Source: Clostridia bacterium (GTDB taxonomy: Bacteria > Bacillota > Clostridia > Oscillospirales > CAG-272). Taken from it: 64,000 nucleotides of DNA. The position numbers and the translations under genes were made by a program. The notes beneath the pieces were generated by a model. The model did no database searches. It worked only from the letters and a program-made list of their open reading frames with translations, and was not told the origin of the DNA. Shown here one piece after another: positions 36,130 to 44,898 of this stretch (positions are counted from its first letter, which is position 1; each line of letters opens with the position of its first letter). The stretch is from the NCBI GenBank assembly GCA_024404505.1, contig JAKSPU010000002.1:3773-67772 (forward strand). Direction: 5' to 3'.

Positions 36130-37455
36130 TTACCCGACGAACTCTGCGTAAATCGCCTTGACGGCGGCCTCGTACTCATCCTCGGAGATGCCGACGATGA
36201 TGTTCAACTCGCTCGAGCCCTGGTCGATCATGCGGATGTTCACGTCGGCGCGGGCCAGCGCGTCGCAGACGCGTGCGGCGGTACCCTTGGCCTTGATCAT
36301 GCCGCGGCCCACCACGGCCACGAGCGCGAGATTGTCCTCGATGAACACGGAGTCGGGGCGGACGGCACGGGAGATCGATTGCATCAAGCGGTCGCGGCGG
36401 CCCTCCAGCACGGAGGAAGAGACCACGACGCTCATCGTGTCGATGCCCGAGGGCAGATGCTCGAAGGAGATGTCGTTGTCCTCGAAGACCTCAAGGACCT
36501 TGCGGCCGAAGCCGATCTCGGCGTTCATCAGATCCTTCTCGATGGTCAGGACCGAGAAGCCCTTCTTGCCGGCGATGCCCGTGATCACGGTCTCGGAATC
36601 GTAGGAGGTAGGATGCGCCACGATCATGGTGCCGGGGTCGGACGGACGGTTGGTGTTGCGGATGTTGATCGGGATGCCGGCTGTACGGACAGGGAACACG
36701 GCGTCCTCGTGCAGCACGGTCGCGCCCATGTAGGACAGCTCACGCAGCTCGCGGTAGGTGATCTCCTGAATGATCAGCGGGTCCTTCACGATGCGGGGAT
36801 CCGCCATCATGAAGCCGGACACGTCGGTCCAGTTCTCATACAGATCGGCCTTGATCGCACGGGCAACGATGGAGCCCGTGATGTCGGAGCCGCCGCGGGA
36901 GAAGGTCTTGATCGTGCCGTTGGGCATGGCTCCGTAGAAGCCGGGGATGACCGCATGCGGCGTCCGGGACAGCTCCTCGGCCAGCGCGTCGTTGGTCCTT
37001 TCCTCGTCCAGCGTGCCGTTTTCCTTGAAGAAGATCACGTTCTCGGCGTCCACGAAGTCGTAGTCGAGATACTTGGCCAGGATCAACGCGTTCAGGTACT
37101 CGCCGCGGCTGGCGGCGTAGTCACGGCCGGACGAGTGCAGCATGGCGTTCTTGACGTACTCCAGCTCACCACTGAGGTCAAAGGTCAGGCCGAGGTCGGC
37201 GATGATCGCGTTGTAACGGTCGGTGATGCGGTCGTAGGCGGCATCGATGACCTCACGGGGCTCGTGCGCCTTGATCAGCTCGTAGCATTGATACAGAAGG
37301 TCGGTGACCTTGGTGTCACCCTTTTCCCGCTTGCCGGGTGCGCTCGGCACGACGTAGCGGCGGGTGGGATCGTCCCGGATGATGCGGGCGACCTGACGGA
37401 AATGATCGGCGTCAGCGAGCGAGCTGCCGCCGAACTTGACAACTTTGACAGACAT
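36130..37455 (-). CDS. lysC: Aspartate kinase
   Basis: MSVKVVKFGGSSLAD start, amino-acid kinase fold and C-terminal ACT region; 441 aa. Confidence 0.92.
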   Translation of the reverse strand: MSVKVVKFGGSSLADADHFRQVARIIRDDPTRRYVVPSAPGKREKGDTKVTDLLYQCYELIKAHEPREVIDAAYDRITDRYNAIIADLGLTFDLSGELEYVKNAMLHSSGRDYAASRGEYLNALILAKYLDYDFVDAENVIFFKENGTLDEERTNDALAEELSRTPHAVIPGFYGAMPNGTIKTFSRGGSDITGSIVARAIKADLYENWTDVSGFMMADPRIVKDPLIIQEITYRELRELSYMGATVLHEDAVFPVRTAGIPINIRNTNRPSDPGTMIVAHPTSYDSETVITGIAGKKGFSVLTIEKDLMNAEIGFGRKVLEVFEDNDISFEHLPSGIDTMSVVVSSSVLEGRRDRLMQSISRAVRPDSVFIEDNLALVAVVGRGMIKAKGTAARVCDALARADVNIRMIDQGSSELNIIVGISEDEYEAAVKAIYAEFVG

Positions 37456-37475
37456 AACGAATACCTTTCTTGAAA

Positions 37476-37493
37476 GGGGGGCTCCCGCCCCCC
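37476..37493 (-). terminator. Weak terminator-like GC hairpin between the ABC exporter and lysC
   Basis: GGGGGGC-GGGA-GCCCCCC on the minus strand followed only by TTT, so read-through is likely. Confidence 0.35.
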
Positions 37494-37543
37494 GGATAAA
37501 AAATCAGGATCGATTCAAAAGCAGTATATGCGGGCGGGCTGCC

Positions 37544-39529
37544 TTACGGCTGGCTCTCGGCCATGGAGGACAGCTTGTCCCGCGTGGGATCGGCGTCGGC
37601 GATCTCGGCCTCGTCCATGATGTAGCGCATGGCCTGCGTCGAGAACAGCTCGTAGTAGCGGCCGCGGAGCGCCATCAGGGACTTATGGTCGCCCTCTTCG
37701 ACCAGCTTACCGTACTCCAGCACGACGATCTTGGAGGCGACGGTCGCACTCGACAGACGGTGGGAGACGAAGATGGTGGTCTTGTCCTGACGCAGACGGT
37801 CAAACTGGTTGTAGATCTCCTGCTCGGCCATGGGGTCGAGGGAGGCGGTCGGCTCGTCGAGGATCAGCACGTCGGAATCGGAGTAGAAGGCGCGGGCGAT
37901 AGCCAGCTTCTGCCACTGACCGATCGACAGCTCGGTACCCGTCGTCTCGAACACGCGCATAAGGGGCGTGTCGAAGCCGTCGGGCAGCTGGCTGATGTAG
38001 GTGTCGGCGTCGGCATCCACGGCAGCCTGATGGATCTCGTCTTCATCGACTTCCTTGTGGATGTCGCCGAAGTGGATGTTCTCGGTGACGGACACGGCAT
38101 ACTTGCCGAAGTCCTGGAAGATCATGCCGAACATGGAGTACAGATCCTTGACGTCGTACTCCTTGATGTCGTGACCGTCGAGCAGGATGCGTCCCTCGGT
38201 GGGGTCGTACAGACGGGTGAGCAGCTTGAGCAGCGTGGTCTTGCCTGCGCCGTTCAGACCGACCAGCACCATGGTCTCGCCGGGACGGATAGTCAGGTTG
38301 ATGTCGTTCAGTACGCGGCGGTCGGAGCCGGGATAGCAGAAGCTGACGTGCTCGAACACGAAGGTGTGCGCGATGCCGCGCGTGACCTTGAGGGGGCCCT
38401 CGTCCTCGTGACCGGGTGCGGGGATCGGCACGACGGTGGACTCTTCCTCAAGGAAGGAGGTCAGGTTATCGATGAACAGCGTGCCCTCGTAGATGGACGC
38501 GGAGGTCGTGATGAGGGAACTGACCTGTCCGGCCACGCTCATCAGCGCGCCGGTGTACAGCGTGTAGTCACCGATGGGATTCTGACCTGTCAGCACAAGG
38601 TATGCGAAGTAGGCGTAGAACGCGCAGTTGACGACGGAGGTGAAGATCGTGATGCCGACGTGCCAGCCGTTCTCGGCCCAGATGAGCTTGCGGATACCGG
38701 CATAGTAGCGGTTGAAGACCTCCTGATAGCGGCCGATGAAGGTGTCAGCCAGATCGAACATACGGATCTCCTTGGCCATGTCCTTGTTGACGAGCAGGTC
38801 GGAGTAGTAGCTCATCTGGCGGCGGTCCTTGGACTTCCTGCGCATATACTCGAAGTTCTTCTTGCGGTAATGGAAATTGATGATGGCGGAGGGGACGGAG
38901 ATGACGATCATGACGATCGCAGCCCACCACAGCACGGAGGCCAGCACGATGATGTAGGAAATCAGCGTGATGAGGCAGCTGATGATGGAGAACGTGGAGT
39001 TCAGGATCTGAATCGGGCGGTTGCCTGCCTCACGGTTGGCGTTCTCCAGCTTCTCGTAGAAGGCGGGCATATCGAACGCTTGCAGGTCGAGCTCCTTGGA
39101 TTTCTCCATGATGTCCGTCTTGACCGTGCGGACGATCAGCTCACTGGCGAAACGGGTCACCGTGCTCTTGATCGTGTTGACAAGACTGTTGAGGATGTTA
39201 TAGGAGAACATCAGCACGAGCAGGATGAAGAGCCAGTTCCCGAAGAACGCCTTGAAGTTTCCGGCTTCAAGCGTACCCCAGTTGTTCTGCATTTCGTTGA
39301 TGATGTCGCGGGAGATGTACGACCCGACGACGGGCATGACGCCTTGGAACAGCGCGAAGAACATCATGGAGAATAAAATCCACGGACCGGTCTCCCAGAC
39401 CAGCTTGAAGATGTACCCCATGCGGGAGAAGAATCCGCCGAGCAGCTGGTTCAGATAGCGGGGCAGATCACGGAGACTTTTCGGTTTTGCGACTTTGTCA
39501 TACTCAAACGACACACCGGGACCATTCAT
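37544..39529 (-). CDS. ABC transporter ATP-binding protein/permease (MsbA-like exporter)
   Basis: Six-TM domain plus NBD (GLNGAGKTTLL, LSIGQWQKLAIARAF, ILDEPTASLD). ATG 39529 preferred over the listed GTG 39553. Confidence 0.88.
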   Translation of the reverse strand: MNGPGVSFEYDKVAKPKSLRDLPRYLNQLLGGFFSRMGYIFKLVWETGPWILFSMMFFALFQGVMPVVGSYISRDIINEMQNNWGTLEAGNFKAFFGNWLFILLVLMFSYNILNSLVNTIKSTVTRFASELIVRTVKTDIMEKSKELDLQAFDMPAFYEKLENANREAGNRPIQILNSTFSIISCLITLISYIIVLASVLWWAAIVMIVISVPSAIINFHYRKKNFEYMRRKSKDRRQMSYYSDLLVNKDMAKEIRMFDLADTFIGRYQEVFNRYYAGIRKLIWAENGWHVGITIFTSVVNCAFYAYFAYLVLTGQNPIGDYTLYTGALMSVAGQVSSLITTSASIYEGTLFIDNLTSFLEEESTVVPIPAPGHEDEGPLKVTRGIAHTFVFEHVSFCYPGSDRRVLNDINLTIRPGETMVLVGLNGAGKTTLLKLLTRLYDPTEGRILLDGHDIKEYDVKDLYSMFGMIFQDFGKYAVSVTENIHFGDIHKEVDEDEIHQAAVDADADTYISQLPDGFDTPLMRVFETTGTELSIGQWQKLAIARAFYSDSDVLILDEPTASLDPMAEQEIYNQFDRLRQDKTTIFVSHRLSSATVASKIVVLEYGKLVEEGDHKSLMALRGRYYELFSTQAMRYIMDEAEIADADPTRDKLSSMAESQP

Positions 39530-39767
39530 GAAAAAATCACACCTTTCTTTCACTGCTTTGAAAAACGGATTCCTGTTTGTCGGCAGGAAGCGGGAAAAGA
39601 TTGACTCAAAAGAATATCATATTATAGCATAATTTCATGAACATGAATATTCCATTGTGTGAATAAATTGTATCCGCACTCATTTTCGCTGCATTTTTAT
39701 TCCGGACGGTGCAGGGACTCCATGCCGGCGCGGCGACCGATTATTTCAAGGAATCCTTTCTTTTCCG

Positions 39768-39796
39768 TTGACAAAACGCGCCGCGTATTGTATAAT
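39768..39796 (+). promoter_or_regulatory. Sigma-A-type promoter
   Basis: TTGACA, 17-nt spacer, TATAAT (perfect consensus), ~100 nt upstream of 39899. Confidence 0.7.
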
Positions 39797-39898
39797 GGAG
39801 GTCGCAGATGCCCCGGCTTCGGGGCAGGGAACGGCCTCCGGCAGGCCGTGTTCCCGCATCGCATCATGAAAAAACTGCATGAAAGAGGAGACATCACC

Positions 39899-41110
39899 AT
39901 GGAAAAGATTCGTATCGGTATGTTCGGCGCATGGCGCGGCAACAGCTACATCGACCTGATGAAGCAGGAGGACCGCATTGAGATCGTTGCCATCTGCGAC
40001 AAGCACGCGGACAAGACGGAAAACCTGCAGGGCCTCGAGAACGCAGACGTCTATAATGATTTCGACGCCTTCCTCGAGGGCGGCAGAAAGAGGGGCATGA
40101 ACGCCGTTTTCCTCGCAAACTATTTCAACCAGCACGCGCCCTTTGCGATCAAGTGCCTTGAGGCGGGCATGGACGTCGTCAGCGAATGCACATCCGCCTC
40201 CACGATGAAGGAGTGTGTCGAACTGGTCGAGGCTGTCGAGCGCACGGGGCGCAAGTACATGATCGCCGAGAATTACCCCTTCATGACCTTCAACCTCAAG
40301 ATGGAGAAGATCATCAGCGAGGGGACGCTCGGTACGCTGCTGTATGCCGAGGGTGAGTACAACCACTCCGGTAACAACGACGAGCTGCGCTATCTGACCC
40401 CCGGCCCGTACCATTGGCGCGCGTGGATGCCCCGCACCTACTACGTCACTCACGCGATGGGCCCGCTGATGTATATGACCAAGACCATGCCCAAGTACGT
40501 TTCCGGCCGTGCCGTCCACTCCGACCTGATGTATGAGATCAAGGACTGGCGCCACAACTACGACGGCGTCGGCATGATGTTCTGCGAGATGGACAACGGC
40601 ATGATCGCACGATTCACCGGCTGCACCGCCATGGCGAGCGATTACAGCCGCTACCGCGTCTGCGGCGACCGCGCGGGTGTCGAGGGCGGCGGCTATGTCG
40701 GCAACGGCAATCAGGTCCGCACCTATTGGTTCCACCATACCAAGCCCGAGGACGAGCCGTCCTGTGCCAAGCTGGAGGATGCCGACCTTGCCGAGCTCGG
40801 CGAGAGAGGCCAGAAAGCCAAGGCAGCCGGTCACGGCGGCGGAGACTACTGGATCATCCAGAACATGATCGACTACTTCCTCGACGGCAAGGAGCCGTTC
40901 TTCGACGTGTACAAGGGCGTTGCCATGTCCGCGACCGCCATTCTCGGCTGGAGGAGCGCGCTCAACCACGGTGAAAACTATAAGATCCCCGATTTCCGCA
41001 TTCCCGCCGAGCGTGACGCCGTCCGGAATGACGACACGACGCCCTTCCCGGACGAGAACGGCGAAGGCGCAACACTGCCCTGCGCTCTGCCGTGGCCGCC
41101 GGAGGCGTGA
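39899..41110 (+). CDS. Gfo/Idh/MocA family oxidoreductase
   Basis: Start MEKIRIGMFGAWRGNSYID (Rossmann N-terminus) 8 nt after GAGGAG. The listed ORF start at 39659 runs through the promoter. Confidence 0.85.
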   Translation: MEKIRIGMFGAWRGNSYIDLMKQEDRIEIVAICDKHADKTENLQGLENADVYNDFDAFLEGGRKRGMNAVFLANYFNQHAPFAIKCLEAGMDVVSECTSASTMKECVELVEAVERTGRKYMIAENYPFMTFNLKMEKIISEGTLGTLLYAEGEYNHSGNNDELRYLTPGPYHWRAWMPRTYYVTHAMGPLMYMTKTMPKYVSGRAVHSDLMYEIKDWRHNYDGVGMMFCEMDNGMIARFTGCTAMASDYSRYRVCGDRAGVEGGGYVGNGNQVRTYWFHHTKPEDEPSCAKLEDADLAELGERGQKAKAAGHGGGDYWIIQNMIDYFLDGKEPFFDVYKGVAMSATAILGWRSALNHGENYKIPDFRIPAERDAVRNDDTTPFPDENGEGATLPCALPWPPEA

Positions 41111-41159
41111 TCCATCTGCCCGAACGCTGACAGCAGCGGGGCAAATACAGGAGGCATCT

Positions 41160-42425
41160 ATGAAGCAATCGCCATTGTTCGGCGCGGCGGATATCCTGCT
41201 GCCCGATTTCCATACCGTCGACGGCACGAAATGGTCTGCCGTCGCCTGCGATCAGTATACCAGCCAGCCCGACTACTGGCAGGCTGCCGACGAGTTGGTC
41301 GGCGGGGCGCCGTCCACCCTGCGGCTGATGCTGCCGGAGGCGTGGCTCGATGAGTCCGAAGCCCGCACGCCCGGCATCCACGCAGCCATGCGGGACTGCC
41401 TTGACCGCGTGCTGATCTCCCATCCCGACAGCATGATCCTCCTCGAGCGCACGCTGGCGGACGGCAGCATCCGCAGAGGTCTCGTCGGGCTGATCGACCT
41501 CGAGTCCTATGACTACACGAAGGGCGCTTCCAGCCTGATCCGCGCCACCGAGGAGACTGTCCCGGAGCGCATCCCCGCCCGGATGACCATCCGACGTGAC
41601 GCCCTGATCGAGCTGCCGCACGTCATGCTGCTGATCGACGACAGGGAAAAGACCGTCATCGAGCCGCTGTTTGCCGGTGTGTCCGCCCCGGACGCATACG
41701 ACTATGACCTCATGCAGCAGAGCGGTCATATCCGCGGCTGGTTCCTGCCCGCAGAGGCGCAGAAGCGGACGCAGAAGGCGCTTAAAGCCCTCGTCACGTC
41801 CCGCGCCATGGCCGCGCGGTACGGGCAGAAGGGGCTTGCGCCGCTCCTGTTCGCCGTCGGCGACGGCAACCACTCGCTGGCTGCCGCGAAGGCCTGCTGG
41901 GAGGAGATCAAGGCCGGGCTGACGCCAAAGGAGGCTGCCGTCCATCCTGCTCGCTGCGCGCTCGCGGAGGTCGTCAACCTCTACGACGAGTCGCTGATCT
42001 TCGAGCCGATCTACCGCGTCGTGTTCGGCGTACAGCCGGACGCGTTCCTCGCGGATCTGACCGCGTACACCGCCGCCCTTGAGGGCACCATGCCCGCCCA
42101 GACGCTCACCTGCCGCGCGGGAGACGAGGTCACGACCGTCACCGTTCCGCGTCCCGTTTCCGCGCTGGCGGTCGGGACGGTCCAGCAGTTCCTCAATGAG
42201 TACGTCAAGGCACACCCCGGCGTCTCGGTCGATTACATCCACGGCGCGGACACCGCCGCGGCGCTCGCGCAAAAACTCGGGACCGTCGCCGTGCTGTTTG
42301 ACGGCATGAAAAAGGAGGAGCTGTTCGCCACGGTCATTTCCGACGGCGCGCTCCCCCGCAAGACCTTCTCGATGGGTCATGCGCAGGATAAGCGTTTTTA
42401 TTGCGAGGCACGAAGAATCAGATAA
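41160..42425 (+). CDS. DUF1015-like protein
   Basis: Start MKQSPLFGAADILLP after AGGAGG. ACDQYTSQP and GDGNHSLAAAK resemble DUF1015 signatures as I remember them. Confidence 0.6.
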   Translation: MKQSPLFGAADILLPDFHTVDGTKWSAVACDQYTSQPDYWQAADELVGGAPSTLRLMLPEAWLDESEARTPGIHAAMRDCLDRVLISHPDSMILLERTLADGSIRRGLVGLIDLESYDYTKGASSLIRATEETVPERIPARMTIRRDALIELPHVMLLIDDREKTVIEPLFAGVSAPDAYDYDLMQQSGHIRGWFLPAEAQKRTQKALKALVTSRAMAARYGQKGLAPLLFAVGDGNHSLAAAKACWEEIKAGLTPKEAAVHPARCALAEVVNLYDESLIFEPIYRVVFGVQPDAFLADLTAYTAALEGTMPAQTLTCRAGDEVTTVTVPRPVSALAVGTVQQFLNEYVKAHPGVSVDYIHGADTAAALAQKLGTVAVLFDGMKKEELFATVISDGALPRKTFSMGHAQDKRFYCEARRIR

Positions 42426-42453
42426 AAAGGGAGCGCCCCTTTCGGGGCGCCCC
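42424..42453. terminator. Bidirectional terminator shared by DUF1015 (+) and HIT (-)
   Basis: AAAAAGGGAGCGCCCC-TTTC-GGGGCGCCCC. The T-run is good only for the minus strand. Confidence 0.65.
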
Positions 42454-42494
42454 TTCCGTATCAGCCTGCCGGAGTCTTTTCCGTCTTCTGCTTG

Positions 42495-42527
42495 AAAGTT
42501 CTTGGGCGGGGTGCGGGGCAGAGCCCC
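42495..42527 (-). repeat. Truncated intergenic repeat unit, copy 5
   Basis: GGGGCAGAGCCCC at 42515-42527 lies 14 nt from the HIT stop, and AAAGTTCTT is at 42495-42503. The CTTCTTGAAAGAAG hairpin is mostly missing. Confidence 0.7.
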
Positions 42528-42540
42528 GCATATCCGCTCC

Positions 42541-42882
42541 TTACGCCATACTGTCTGCCATCTGCCGTCCGCCCAGCAGGTGGAAGTGCAGATGCTTCAC
42601 GGACTGGCAGGCGTCGGGGCCGCAGTTGGACACGATGCGGTAGCCGTTGACAAGTCCCTCTGCGGCGGCGATCTTCGGGATGACCTCAAAGATGTGCGCC
42701 ACGACCGCGCTGTTGGTCCCGTCGATGCCGTCCGCGGACGGAATGTGCGTCTTGGGGACGATCAGCACGTGTACCGGAGCCATCGGGTTGATGTCGCGGA
42801 ACGCGTAGACCAGCTCGTCCTCGTATACCTTGGCAGAGGGGATGTCCCCCGCGATGATCCTGCAGAAAATGCAATCGTTCAT
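42541..42882 (-). CDS. HIT family (histidine triad) nucleotide-binding protein
   Basis: MNDCIFCRIIAGDIPS start and the HLHFHLLGG triad; 113 aa. Confidence 0.9.
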   Translation of the reverse strand: MNDCIFCRIIAGDIPSAKVYEDELVYAFRDINPMAPVHVLIVPKTHIPSADGIDGTNSAVVAHIFEVIPKIAAAEGLVNGYRIVSNCGPDACQSVKHLHFHLLGGRQMADSMA

Positions 42883-42983
42883 AATTATAGGAAAACCTCC
42901 TGTATCATCTGAGATACCCCTATTGTACACCCGGAACGCCGTCCTGTCAAGCGGGCGGCGTGAAAAACGAAAGGAAATCCCGT

Positions 42984-44102
42984 ATGTTTGATCCTTCACC
43001 GTCGATCCCGGACCTGTGGCACTACCTCAAAGCCGCTGCCGATGCGGGAAAGACCGTCGTCATGTACGGCATGGGCAACGGAGCGGACAAGGTGCTGGAC
43101 GTCTGCACGTCTTACGGCATCCCCGTGTCGGACTGCTTCGCCAGCGACGGCTTCGTCCGCGGTCATCTCTTCCACGGCAAGCGCGTCCTGACCTTCTCCG
43201 AGACCTGTGAGAAGTACGGTGCGGACAATCTCATCGTCCTTCTGTCGTTCGGCTCGTCCCGCCCCGAGGTGCTGGACACCATCCGTGCCGTTGCTTCGCG
43301 TTGCGAGCTGTATATCCCCGACCTGCCCGTCAGCGGACCGGACCTCTTTACGGCCGGATTCGCCGCCGCCAACCGGGACCGCATCGACGCCGCCCGCGCC
43401 CTGTTCGCCGACGATGCCTCCCGCGCGGTTTTTGACGGCCTGATCCGTGCCAAGCTGTCCGGCCGTATGGACGAGCTGGAGGCGATCGCCTGTGACCGGG
43501 CGGAAACGTGGCGCATCCTGCCCGCCGGCACGTTCCGGTCCGCCATGGACCTCGGCGCATACACGGGCGACAGCCTCCGTGAGCTGCTGGCGTATGCGCC
43601 CGCGCTGACGACGGCTCTCTGCATGGAGCCGGATGCCCGCAGTTTCCGCAAGCTGGACGCGTACTGTCAGGCGTTGACGGGCGCGGATACGCCGCTGCGT
43701 GCCGTTGCCGTTAACAAGGGCGCGTGGTCGGAAAACACCGTTCTCACATTCCACGGCTCCGGCAACCGCAACGCGTCGCTCGTGAACGGGATGCAGTCCA
43801 AGCAAAAGCTGACCGAAACGCCCGTCGCGGCGCCGGACAGCGAATGGACGTCCGCATTCCCGGACATGCCTGTCGATTTCATCAAGTACGACGTCGAGGG
43901 AGCGGAGCGGGAGGCCCTGCTCGGCTCGCGCACGCTGATCGTGCGCGACAGCCCCGCGCTGCTCGTGTCCGTCTACCATGCGCCTGCCGATCTCTGGGAG
44001 CTGCCGCTGCTCGTCCACGAGATGAATCCCGCCTACCGGCTGTACCTCCGCCGCATGAGGGGCGTGCCCGCGTGGGATATCGAGTTGTATGCGGTGAAAT
44101 GA
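42984..44102 (+). CDS. FkbM family methyltransferase
   Basis: SAM motif MDLGAYTGDS, NKGAWSENTVLTF and IDFIKYDVEGAERE. ATG 42984 preferred over the listed GTG 42960. Confidence 0.75.
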   Translation: MFDPSPSIPDLWHYLKAAADAGKTVVMYGMGNGADKVLDVCTSYGIPVSDCFASDGFVRGHLFHGKRVLTFSETCEKYGADNLIVLLSFGSSRPEVLDTIRAVASRCELYIPDLPVSGPDLFTAGFAAANRDRIDAARALFADDASRAVFDGLIRAKLSGRMDELEAIACDRAETWRILPAGTFRSAMDLGAYTGDSLRELLAYAPALTTALCMEPDARSFRKLDAYCQALTGADTPLRAVAVNKGAWSENTVLTFHGSGNRNASLVNGMQSKQKLTETPVAAPDSEWTSAFPDMPVDFIKYDVEGAEREALLGSRTLIVRDSPALLVSVYHAPADLWELPLLVHEMNPAYRLYLRRMRGVPAWDIELYAVK

Positions 44103-44349
44103 TCGTAAAGGGGTACTGCCGTGATCCGGCGGCCCCTTTTCTCATTCCCGACACCCTTCTCCGCGGCTCTGAAAAATTTTTTGATAATTTTTCGGTTTCC
44201 CGGACAGATTTGCCGATTTCATACGTCTTATAAGACAGAAGCCCGGCACAAAGCGTGCGGCTGCGGTACCCTCCGGCGCAAGACGTCACGACGGACGGAA
44301 CGCGAAGCATCCGGGATTCGGAACATCAATCAGGAAAGGAAGTGGACGC

Positions 44350-44898
44350 ATGGCCGATATCCTGCAGGACCGGGAGATCATCTGTCTTCTGGAAGCACGT
44401 GACGAGACCGCGGTCAGGGAACTGCAGCGCAAGTACGAGCGATATTGCCTGACGGTGGCGATGAATATCCTGCACAACGCGGCTGACGCGGAGGAATGCG
44501 TCAACGACGTTTATCTCAAGACGTGGAACAGCATCCCGCCCGCCCACCCGACCTCGCTTCGCCTGTTTCTCGCCAAGCTGACCCGCAACACGGCACTTGA
44601 CCGCTATCGGGTGCGCAGACGGCGCGGGTCGGACTTTGAGGTCGCGCTGGAGGAGCTGGAAAGCGTTCTCGCGGTACCTGAGGAGGACGCGGACGAGCTT
44701 CCGGACCTTGTCAACGAGTTTCTGGACGGACTTCCGTCGACGGAACGCACGACCTTCCTGCTTCGCTACTGGCACGCGATGCCGGTCGCGGACATCGCCC
44801 GCCGGGGCGGGTGGACGATCAATGCCGTATCCGTGCGATTGTATAAGACCCGCGAAAAGCTGCGGGCGTTTCTTGCCGAGAGGGGGTATCATGTATGA
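44350..44898 (+). CDS. ECF-type sigma-70 family sigma factor (copy 2, paralog of 13452-14018)
   Basis: DAEECVNDVYLKTWNSIPP, versus NDTYLKTWNSIPP in copy 1. Region 4 is VADIARRGGWTINAVSVRLYKTREKL. It has the same ...GY.V-stop / ATG overlap. Confidence 0.85.
   Translation: MADILQDREIICLLEARDETAVRELQRKYERYCLTVAMNILHNAADAEECVNDVYLKTWNSIPPAHPTSLRLFLAKLTRNTALDRYRVRRRRGSDFEVALEELESVLAVPEEDADELPDLVNEFLDGLPSTERTTFLLRYWHAMPVADIARRGGWTINAVSVRLYKTREKLRAFLAERGYHV

Noticed and set aside
37456-37543. Expected lysine (L-box) riboswitch upstream of lysC
   Set aside because: The spacer to the upstream exporter gene is only 88 nt. It contains just one short GC hairpin and the RBS, which is too short for an L-box aptamer, and none of its conserved strands are visible.
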